A stretch of DNA of 64,000 nt from Collinsella sp. (GTDB lineage Bacteria > Actinomycetota > Coriobacteriia > Coriobacteriales > Coriobacteriaceae). The DNA lies in contig JAXJMV010000030.1 of assembly GCA_036312985.1 (NCBI GenBank), forward strand, positions 15,456-79,455, written 5' to 3'. This document shows positions 56,682 through 64,000 of the stretch, piece after piece. Every line of letters begins with the position of its first letter. Position 1 is the stretch's first letter. The notes under the pieces were generated by a model. That model saw only the letters and a list, made by a program, of their open reading frames with translations, made no database searches and was not told the DNA's origin. The position numbers and the translations under genes are program-made.

Positions 56682-57842
56682 ATGTCGGATTCGCCTAATT
56701 TTTTGACCTATGCCCAGACAGCGTTTGATCCGTTTGAGGAACGGCCGTTCTGCGCGGTGGATAGCCTGGTCTTTGCGTGGTTGTCCTATTTGCGTTTGCC
56801 GGGTGATATGGCGGAGCTGACGAACTGGCAGGGCCTAGACGTACGCGAGCTGCTGCGCGCCGAGTGCTACCAAGACATGATTGGCGACCTGTGGGATCCG
56901 GAGGGGAGTCGTGCCCTGTTGGAGGCTGTGGCAGCAAGCCCTCGCTACCGTGGCGTTCGTGTTTGCGGCTATCGTAGCGTGAGTGATGCCGAGACAACGG
57001 AGCAGTTTGCGGCCATGACGTTCCGATTTCCGGCGGGGTTTAGCTATCTTGCCTTCCGGGGGACCGACAGCACGATTGTGGGCTGGAAAGAGGACTTTAA
57101 CATGGCGTTCCGGTGTCCTGTGCCGGCCCAGGAATCCGCGGCGCGTTATGTGGACGAGGCGGCGGATGCGATTGACGGGCCGCTTTTGTGCGGAGGTCAT
57201 TCCAAGGGCGGAAACCTTTCGGTGTACGGTGCGGCGATGTGCTCCGATGTCGCCCGTGGGCGAATCGAACGGGCGTATTCCCATGATGGTCCGGGCTTCG
57301 TCGAGGAATTTCTGAACGGCAATGCCTTTGCCGATCTTTCCGGTCGAATCGACAAGACGCTACCTCGGTCGTCGATCTTTGGCATGATGTTCGAGATGCA
57401 GGAGGACTATGCCATCGTTGAGAGTACCGAGTTCAGCCTGCTGCAGCACAATCCCTTTAGCTGGGTGGTTGATGGTCGCGACTTCGTGTATTGTGAGCGC
57501 CTGTCCGCCGGTGCTCGATACGTTGATGGCTCCATTCGCGAGATGCTGCTCGCAGTGTCGCCTAGCGAGCGCGAGCGTTTTGTAGATGCGTTGTTCTCCG
57601 TGTTTGAGGCAACGGGTGCTGAGCGGTTTGCGGATATCGCTGGGAATCTGCGCGAGAGCCTGCCCGTGATGCTCCAGGCTGCGCAAGGCTTTGACAAGGA
57701 TACGCGCCGTTTTGTTTCGCAGACCATCGCGGCAATCCTTAGATGTGCACTGCTGCCCAAACGCCCTCAGATTGACATGTCCGCTGCCGGTAAGAGTCTG
57801 GCAGAACAACTCGAGGCCTGGCAGTCCGAGCTCCTGCGCTAA
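56682..57842 (+). CDS. DUF2974 (Mbeg1-like) alpha/beta hydrolase
   Basis: DSLVFAWLSY, QFAAMT, AFRGTD..VGWKEDF, GHSKGGNL, DGPGF, QH.PFSW. Confidence 0.88.
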   Translation: MSDSPNFLTYAQTAFDPFEERPFCAVDSLVFAWLSYLRLPGDMAELTNWQGLDVRELLRAECYQDMIGDLWDPEGSRALLEAVAASPRYRGVRVCGYRSVSDAETTEQFAAMTFRFPAGFSYLAFRGTDSTIVGWKEDFNMAFRCPVPAQESAARYVDEAADAIDGPLLCGGHSKGGNLSVYGAAMCSDVARGRIERAYSHDGPGFVEEFLNGNAFADLSGRIDKTLPRSSIFGMMFEMQEDYAIVESTEFSLLQHNPFSWVVDGRDFVYCERLSAGARYVDGSIREMLLAVSPSERERFVDALFSVFEATGAERFADIAGNLRESLPVMLQAAQGFDKDTRRFVSQTIAAILRCALLPKRPQIDMSAAGKSLAEQLEAWQSELLR

Positions 57843-57846
57843 CCAT

Positions 57847-57877
57847 TGGTGCAAAGTAACCTGTCTCCGATGCACCA
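57847..57877 (+). repeat. 31-bp REP-like hairpin repeat, copy 2
   Basis: TGGTGCA-AAGTAACCTGTCTCCGA-TGCACCA. Confidence 0.8.
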
Positions 57878-57953
57878 ATCTTCGATGCGCCTGGGGCGGG
57901 CTCGACCGCTATACTGGTTCGTGCTCAATTCGATCTAGAACGGAATGCCGTAT

Positions 57954-58958
57954 ATGAAAATCAATCACGCGATTCTGCATATCCTGGACTTTGACTCTGC
58001 CGTCAACGTCATGAGCCAGCGCGAGCTCGATATCGAAAGCCGTACCGTGCGCAATTTCGTAACCACGCATCTGCGCCGCGCACGCACCTCGGCCGACAAT
58101 AAACGTGCCACGTTTGCCGAGAACTCTGCGTTTGGCGGCGAGCTCAAGGGCTATTTCTTTGGCGAGCGCGAGTTTGTGGACCTGTCGCAGCAGATTGCGG
58201 AGTTTATCTCCTCCGAGCTCACCAAGGCTGAGAAAGCCGAGTCCACCGACGTGCTCGTGGCTGATTTTGACGACGATGAGGATGCCCGCTGGTTTGCCGT
58301 GATGTTGCTGAGCTCCAAGCAGGCTTTTATGCACGAGGTGGGCCGCGAGGAGGGGGAGGTTCGCAACGACATCGCGCGCCACTACGCTATTCTGCCAAAC
58401 CCCTCGCAAAAGGTGCCAAGCTATGCTATCGTGCGCGCGAGCACCATGGAGATCGGTTACGTGGACAAGAAGCGCAAGATTGCCGGCGAGGACCGTATGC
58501 TTATCCCCGACGGCCTGCTGCAGTGCGACACGGGTGTATCGGGCAAGGAGGTCATCGACACGGTGACGCGTGTGGTTGAGGAAGTCGCCGAGGAGCACGG
58601 TGCCAATACGGCCGTAGCGCTCGCCAAGGTTAAGGCTGCTGTGGCCGAGAAGGTTGAGGATGACGAGGAGCTGCCGCCTTGGGATATCGTCGATGAGGTC
58701 TTTGAGGACGAGCCGGTCATCAAGGAAAGCGTGCGCGCGGCACTGACCGAGGAAAAGGTTCCTGAGCGCGTTCCCGTGGAGCGCAAGCAGGTCGAGCGCG
58801 CGGCGGTGCGCAATCATAAGATTCGTACCGATACGGGCATCGAGATCAGCTTCCCGGCCGAGATGGGTTCGAACTCCGAGTACATCGAGTTCGTCAACGA
58901 GCCCAACGGCCTCATCTCCATCGAGCTTAAGAACATCGGAAGTATTGAGAATCGATAA
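57954..58958 (+). CDS. Nucleoid-associated protein (37-kD/YejK-like family)
   Basis: INHAILHILD N-terminus; ILPNPSQKV; KIRTDTGIEISFP..IEFVNEPNG.ISIELKNI C-terminus. Confidence 0.8.
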   Translation: MKINHAILHILDFDSAVNVMSQRELDIESRTVRNFVTTHLRRARTSADNKRATFAENSAFGGELKGYFFGEREFVDLSQQIAEFISSELTKAEKAESTDVLVADFDDDEDARWFAVMLLSSKQAFMHEVGREEGEVRNDIARHYAILPNPSQKVPSYAIVRASTMEIGYVDKKRKIAGEDRMLIPDGLLQCDTGVSGKEVIDTVTRVVEEVAEEHGANTAVALAKVKAAVAEKVEDDEELPPWDIVDEVFEDEPVIKESVRAALTEEKVPERVPVERKQVERAAVRNHKIRTDTGIEISFPAEMGSNSEYIEFVNEPNGLISIELKNIGSIENR

Positions 58959-58981
58959 ACTGCTCTTGGACGTTGCAAAAA

Positions 58982-59022
58982 ACAAAGGCCGAAGCCTTTT
59001 GGGACTTCGGCCTTTTTTGTTT
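58982..59022. terminator. Bidirectional intrinsic terminator
   Basis: AAAGGCCGAAG/CTTCGGCCTTT followed by TTT, between convergent genes. Confidence 0.8.
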
Positions 59023-59099
59023 TCGGCTTGGTTGCTGACATTGCGCCGCAGGTTGGGCATACGTCAGCGAAAACGCGGTTTGTCAAAACCGCGTAACTA

Positions 59100-59819
59100 T
59101 TAAAGTTGACGTAAGCCCTCTTCCAGGCCGGTCTTGCTGTCGGTCTTCTCGTCGCGCATCTTGATGGCGCGGGCGGGGACACCGGCCACGACGGCGCCGG
59201 CGGGGACGTCCTCGACGCACACGGCGCCGGCGGCAACTACAGCACCCTTGCCCACGTGCACGCCTTCCAGGACCACGGCGTTTGCGCCGATCATGACATC
59301 GTCCTCGATGATGACGGGCGTGGCGCTGGCGGGCTCCACAACGCCTGCCAGCACGGTGCCGGCGCCGATGTGGCAGTTCTTGCCCACGGTGGCGCGACCG
59401 CCCAGCACGGCGCCCATATCGATCATGGAACCCTCGCCGATAACGGAGCCGATGTTGATGATGGCGCCCATCATGATGACGGCACGGTCGCCGATCTCGA
59501 CTCGGTCGCGGATGATCGCGCCCGGCTCGATGCGGGCGTTGATGCCCTTAAGGTCGAGCATGGGCACGGCGGAGTTGCGGCAATCGTTTTCAACGTCGTA
59601 GTAATCGATGGAATCGGCATTGGCGTCCAGGATGGTCTTGAGCTCGTCCCAGTCGCCAAAGACGGTCTTGCCGCGACGGCCGCCGTAGACATGTGCGTCG
59701 CCCCAGGCAACCTTCATGCCCGGCTTCTCGCGCACGTACAGCTTGACGGGCGTCTTTTTGGGCGCGGTGGCGATGTAGTTGATAATCTCCTGTGCATCCA
59801 TCTCGGCTGCGTTGCTCAT
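59100..59819 (-). CDS. dapH: Tetrahydrodipicolinate N-acetyltransferase
   Basis: [34 protein letters not shown], hexapeptide repeats, AGVVEP. Confidence 0.93.
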   Translation of the reverse strand: MSNAAEMDAQEIINYIATAPKKTPVKLYVREKPGMKVAWGDAHVYGGRRGKTVFGDWDELKTILDANADSIDYYDVENDCRNSAVPMLDLKGINARIEPGAIIRDRVEIGDRAVIMMGAIINIGSVIGEGSMIDMGAVLGGRATVGKNCHIGAGTVLAGVVEPASATPVIIEDDVMIGANAVVLEGVHVGKGAVVAAGAVCVEDVPAGAVVAGVPARAIKMRDEKTDSKTGLEEGLRQL

Positions 59820-59858
59820 TTGCTATCTCTCCTTTGGGTGGATTCGGTTGATACCTGG

Positions 59859-60599
59859 TTAGGCAAACATGACCTTGTCGAACGTATAGAAGCCGGGTTC
59901 GCGGGTGACGAGCTTCTGCGCGGCTGCCAGGGCGCCGTTGACAAAGATCTGACGGCTCGTGGCGCGGTGGGTGAGCGTGACCTCCTCGTCCTGGCCAAAG
60001 AAGCTCACCTCGTGCACGCCGGCGACGGTGCCGCCGCGCAGCGAGTGCATACCGATTTCCTTGGGATCGCGTGCTCCGCACATGCCCTCGCGGCCATAGA
60101 CGGGGTGGTAGCCTGCCTCGGGCTCGGCTTCGACGACGGCGTCGAGCAGTAGCTTGGCAGTGCCGCTGGGGGCGTCGACCTTTTGGTTGTGGTGCGTCTC
60201 GACGATTTCGCAGTCAAAGCCGGGCAGCTCGCGTGTAGCCTGCGCTACCAGATGGCGCAGGGCTGCGATACCGATGGAGTAATTGCCCGAGTGCATAACG
60301 CGGGTGTTCTGGCCCAGCTCACGCAGGCGGTCCATCTGCTCGGGGGTGTAGCCTGTGGTGCCTGAGACCAACGCCGCGCCCGTGCGCTCGACATAGGCGA
60401 CGACGGCGTCGAAGGTCGCGACGTTCGAGAAGTCGATGATGACGTCGGCAGCCGGTGCGTTCTCGAGCTCGCTCAAATCGAAGCCAATCTGGGCCACGAT
60501 ATCAAAAACGGGCTGCCCGGCGGCGTCGACAATGCCTTCGGCGGTAGTGCGGATGAGCGAGCCCATGCGGCCCGTTCCCATAATGACGGTCTTAATCAA
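59859..60599 (-). CDS. dapB: 4-hydroxy-tetrahydrodipicolinate reductase
   Basis: GRMG, IDFS, GTTG, ETHHNQKVDAPSGTA, SLRGG. Confidence 0.95.
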   Translation of the reverse strand: MIKTVIMGTGRMGSLIRTTAEGIVDAAGQPVFDIVAQIGFDLSELENAPAADVIIDFSNVATFDAVVAYVERTGAALVSGTTGYTPEQMDRLRELGQNTRVMHSGNYSIGIAALRHLVAQATRELPGFDCEIVETHHNQKVDAPSGTAKLLLDAVVEAEPEAGYHPVYGREGMCGARDPKEIGMHSLRGGTVAGVHEVSFFGQDEEVTLTHRATSRQIFVNGALAAAQKLVTREPGFYTFDKVMFA

Positions 60600-61482
60600 G
60601 TAGACCAGCTCCCTTCAGAGCATCGGTAAGTGCGGCTCGCGTGTCGTCTGCCATGGGGCACAGCGGCATACGGTAGTTTGCCTCGATCATGCCCATCTGG
60701 GCGAGCGCTTCCTTGACGGGGATGGGGTTGACCTCGCTAAAGAGGGCGTTGATGAGCGGCTGGCCGGCAATCTGGATATCGCGGGCGCGCGCTACGTCGC
60801 CGTCCAGATAAGCGCGGCACATGTCGTGTACAAGCTGCGGCTGCACGTCGGCCCACACGCTGATGGTGCCCGAAGCGCCCAGGCTCATGAGCGGCACTGT
60901 GAGTGCATCCTCGCCCGAGTACATGCGGAAATCGTCGGACAGCAGGTGGGCGATCTTGGCCGCGTAGGCGACGTTGCCCGAGGCCTCCTTGATGCCCATG
61001 ATGTTGGGGTGCGCGGCTAGGCGCTCTACGTTGCGCTCGCTGATACCGCAGCCGCAGCGGCCGGGGATGTTGTACAGGATGCAGGGGATGTCAACGGCAT
61101 CGGCGACGGTCTTAAAGTGCTGATAGATACCCTCTTCGTTGGACTTGTTGTAGTAGGGGGTAATGAGCAGCAGGCCGTCGGCTCCCAAGCCCTGGTAAGT
61201 AAGCGACTTGGTGAGCATGGTCTGCGTGGAGTTGGAGCCTGAGCCGGCGATGACGGGGACGCGTCCTGCAACATGCTTGACCACGGCGGCGACGACGGAG
61301 TTGTCCTCGTCATCGGTCATCGTGGCGCTCTCGCCGGTGGTGCCCAGGGTGAGAATGGCGTCGGTGCTATTTTGCAAGTGGAAATCGATAAGGCGCTCGA
61401 GCGCGTCAAAGTCGACACTGCCGTCCTTTTTAAACGGCGTAACCAGGGCGACGATTGAGCCCTCGAGATTGCGGATGTCCAT
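60592..61482 (-). CDS. dapA: Possible independently translated DapA from an internal start
   Basis: GAAGGAG RBS 6 nt before the ATG of MDIRNLEG at the DapA domain start. Confidence 0.55.
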   Translation of the reverse strand: MDIRNLEGSIVALVTPFKKDGSVDFDALERLIDFHLQNSTDAILTLGTTGESATMTDDEDNSVVAAVVKHVAGRVPVIAGSGSNSTQTMLTKSLTYQGLGADGLLLITPYYNKSNEEGIYQHFKTVADAVDIPCILYNIPGRCGCGISERNVERLAAHPNIMGIKEASGNVAYAAKIAHLLSDDFRMYSGEDALTVPLMSLGASGTISVWADVQPQLVHDMCRAYLDGDVARARDIQIAGQPLINALFSEVNPIPVKEALAQMGMIEANYRMPLCPMADDTRAALTDALKGAGLLD

Positions 61483-62901
61483 GTTCTTCTCCTTCGCCTC
61501 CGCGATCTGGATGCGTTTGTTCCATTGAGCTGCGACTGCCAGGCGCTCGTCTTGGGCGCGACGGCGGGCGCTTTCGGCGCGCGACTTGGCCAGCAGCTCT
61601 CGGCCGCACGGCAGCACGTCGAGCGTGGAAAAGTAATCGCCCGGGCGCTCGGCGCGGCGGATGAGGTCGGCCGCGCCATCGGGGCGCAGCAGGACCTCGG
61701 CGGAGCGCAGACGTCCGTTGTAGTTGTAGCCCATGGAGTAGCCATGCGCACCGGTATCGTGGATTACAAGCAGGTCACCCATGTCGATATGCGGCAGCTC
61801 GCGGTCGATGGCGAACTTATCGTTGTTCTCGCACAGATTGCCCGTGATGTCATAGGTGTTCGTGACGGGCGCCGTGGCCTTGTCGGCGCCGCCCGGCTGA
61901 CCCATCACCGTAATGTGGTGGTAGGCGCCATACACGGCAGGGCGAATCAAATCGACGGCGCTTGCATCGACACCGATATAGTCCTTGTAGATCTGCTTCT
62001 CGTGGATAGCCTTGGTGACCAGACAGCCGTAGGGGCCCATCATAAAGCGGCCCATCTCAGTGCAGATGGCCACATCGCCCATGCCGGCGGGAACCAGGAT
62101 CTCGTCGTATGCCGCGTGTACTCCCTCGCCGATGGCGCGAATGTCGTTGGCCTGCTGCTCGGGCAGGTAGGGGATGCCGACGCCGCCGGACAGATTGATG
62201 AAGGCGACGTGTGCGCCGGTCTCGCGCTCCAGGCGTACGGCAAGCTCAAAGAGGATGCGCGCGAGCTTGGGGTAGTAGTCGTTGGTGACAGTGTTGCTGG
62301 CAAGGAATGCGTGGATGCCAAAGTCCTCGGCGCCCTTGGCCTTGAGCATGCGGAAGGCCTCGAAGAGCTGCTCGGTGGTCATGCCATATTTGGAGTCGCC
62401 CGGGTTGTCCATGATGCCGTTGGAGAGCTGGAACAGGCCGCCTGGATTAAAGCGGCAGCTGACCGTCTTGGGGATGGGCCCCGCAACGCGCTCAAAGAAC
62501 CCGATGTGGCTGATGTCGTCAAAGTTGACGATGGCACCCAGCTTGTCGGCGAGCTCAAAGTCGGCAGCCGGTGTGTCGTTGGACGAGAACATGATGTCGT
62601 GTCCCGTGATACCCAGTGAGCGGGCGATCATGAGCTCGGTATAGCTCGAGCAATCGCAGCCGCAGCCGTATTCGTTGAGAATGGAGATGAGCGCCGGGTT
62701 GGGGTTGGCCTTGACGGCAAAGTATTCCTTAAAGCCCGGGTTCCATGCAAAGGCGTCGCGCACTTCTTGCATGTTGCGGCGGATGCCCGCCTCGTCGTAT
62801 AGATGAAACGGCGTGGGGAACTGCTCGACGATATGCTCGAGTGTCTCCTTGTCCACAAACGGCTGCTTGGCCGCATATGCCTCGTTGGGGGTCAATGCCA
62901 T
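60592..62901 (-). CDS. lysA-dapA: In-frame fusion of diaminopimelate decarboxylase (LysA) and dihydrodipicolinate synthase (DapA)
   Basis: FAVKANPN, NLSGG, CENND, TGAHGYSM (LysA); LVTPF, GTTGE, TPYYN, YNIPGR, GIKEASG (DapA); no stop between the domains. Confidence 0.92.
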   Translation of the reverse strand: MALTPNEAYAAKQPFVDKETLEHIVEQFPTPFHLYDEAGIRRNMQEVRDAFAWNPGFKEYFAVKANPNPALISILNEYGCGCDCSSYTELMIARSLGITGHDIMFSSNDTPAADFELADKLGAIVNFDDISHIGFFERVAGPIPKTVSCRFNPGGLFQLSNGIMDNPGDSKYGMTTEQLFEAFRMLKAKGAEDFGIHAFLASNTVTNDYYPKLARILFELAVRLERETGAHVAFINLSGGVGIPYLPEQQANDIRAIGEGVHAAYDEILVPAGMGDVAICTEMGRFMMGPYGCLVTKAIHEKQIYKDYIGVDASAVDLIRPAVYGAYHHITVMGQPGGADKATAPVTNTYDITGNLCENNDKFAIDRELPHIDMGDLLVIHDTGAHGYSMGYNYNGRLRSAEVLLRPDGAADLIRRAERPGDYFSTLDVLPCGRELLAKSRAESARRRAQDERLAVAAQWNKRIQIAEAKEKNMDIRNLEGSIVALVTPFKKDGSVDFDALERLIDFHLQNSTDAILTLGTTGESATMTDDEDNSVVAAVVKHVAGRVPVIAGSGSNSTQTMLTKSLTYQGLGADGLLLITPYYNKSNEEGIYQHFKTVADAVDIPCILYNIPGRCGCGISERNVERLAAHPNIMGIKEASGNVAYAAKIAHLLSDDFRMYSGEDALTVPLMSLGASGTISVWADVQPQLVHDMCRAYLDGDVARARDIQIAGQPLINALFSEVNPIPVKEALAQMGMIEANYRMPLCPMADDTRAALTDALKGAGLLD

Positions 62902-62971
62902 GTCCCGTAAACCTCGCTATCCAGACGGCGCCATCTGCGCATCGAATCCGCATAGCGTGGACCCAATGTCC

Positions 62972-63131
62972 GGATAGCGCTCCCGCATTGCTGCAGACAG
63001 TCCTGTGGGTGTTTCCCACAGGCCCACCAGGTTGTTCGTGCCCGAAAAACCCAGTTCGGCGGGTTTCGCCTCCCCACGGGGTCAAAGCCTGCCGGCTCGC
63101 CCGCGGCTCTTCGTGCCCGCGCCTCTATCAA
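62972..63131 (-). ncRNA. Lysine riboswitch (L-box)
   Basis: Minus strand GAUAGAGGCGC...GCCGAA...UGGG..ACUGUC...GGAGCGCUAUC, directly upstream of lysA-dapA. Confidence 0.93.
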
Positions 63132-63279
63132 GTGGTAAAGACCCTATCACGTTGCACTTTACCAAACAAGAGTATTCGTATATAACGTTTAAAAAATGCA
63201 GCAATATGCTGGAAACATGTGTGCCACAATCCTGTATCACAATAAGTTGCAACAGATGTGCCTCACGAAGGGATTCTCT

Positions 63280-64000
63280 ATGACCGAGCTCCAAGAACTC
63301 CGTCGCTATCGCCGCGATCTCCATCGCATTCCGGAGCTCGATTTCGATCTTCCGCAGACTATCGCCTATATCGAGGGCGTGTTGGCGCCGCTCGCTTGCG
63401 AGGTGACCCATCCGTGTCCCAGCTGCGTCTGCGCTTTCTTCGACGCTGGCGTTGGTGCCGCGCGTGCCACGGCGATTCGCGCCGATATGGATGCGCTGCC
63501 CATCGCGGAGGCGACGGGAGCGGCCTTTGCCTCGATCCATCCCGGCAAGATGCACGCTTGCGGACATGACGGACACATGGCCATGGCACTTGCCGCCGCG
63601 ACGTATGTCGACCGTACGATTCGCGAGCAGCCGGGCGCCATTAGGCGCAACGTTCTCTTTGTGTTCCAGCCGGCCGAGGAAACGACCGGTGGTGCCAAGA
63701 CGGTATGCGAGAGCGGTGTGTTCGAGCGCTATGGGGCTGACCGCATTTTTGGCTTCCATGTGTGGCCCGATCTGCCTGCCGGCACGTTGGCGAGTTGTTC
63801 CGGTCCGCTGCTGGCGCGTTCGAGTGAGACACACATTCATATTCACGGGACGAGCATCCATATCGCTAAGACCTATGGCGTTCCGGTCGAGGAATCGCAC
63901 GATGCGGCGCTGGCGGCTGCCAAGTTCTTGGTTGCCGAGCGCGAACTGATGGACGAGCTGGGCACCGACGAACCCTGTATCGGCAAGTTTGGCCTGCTGC
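63280..64000 (+). CDS. M20D amidohydrolase, probably N-acetyldiaminopimelate deacetylase (3' end outside window; not in ORF track)
   Basis: MTELQELRRYRRDLHRIPEL, RADMDALP, MHACGHDGH, FQPAEE; divergent from the dap operon. Confidence 0.85.
   Translation, partial: MTELQELRRYRRDLHRIPELDFDLPQTIAYIEGVLAPLACEVTHPCPSCVCAFFDAGVGAARATAIRADMDALPIAEATGAAFASIHPGKMHACGHDGHMAMALAAATYVDRTIREQPGAIRRNVLFVFQPAEETTGGAKTVCESGVFERYGADRIFGFHVWPDLPAGTLASCSGPLLARSSETHIHIHGTSIHIAKTYGVPVEESHDAALAAAKFLVAERELMDELGTDEPCIGKFGLL

Overview
High-GC chromosomal window, most likely from a gut Coriobacteriia bacterium (Collinsella-like; inferred from composition and gene content). Most of it is housekeeping and metabolic: rnhA, metY with a divergent LysR, nfo, an amino-acid ABC transporter, flavodoxin, an SOS-boxed Y-family polymerase/YolD pair, pgi, an extended fructoselysine (frl) catabolic operon, tcdA/tatD, ettA, nadE, ldh, and a lysine-riboswitch-controlled lysA-dapA fusion/dapB/dapH operon. 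Two accessory loci stand out. (1) An AT-rich island (~47.9-52.0 kb) looks like an uncharacterised RiPP cluster: DUF2087, an MFS exporter, a cobalamin-dependent radical SAM enzyme with two C-terminal RRE/PqqD-like repeats (split by a 1-nt frameshift in an A5 run), and a 36-aa acidic precursor-like ORF missing from the ORF track, followed by a terminator. (2) A three-gene operon couples an intact ClpP to a soluble VirD4-like ATPase, with no other conjugation genes in the window. Also present: several structured intergenic repeats (one pair with compensatory base changes), a Cys/Met-containing uORF upstream of metY, and two pseudogenes. No CRISPR array, rRNA, tRNA, integrase or transposase was recognised. 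Family assignments come from motif recognition by eye, not database searches; several start codons were re-chosen from RBS position.
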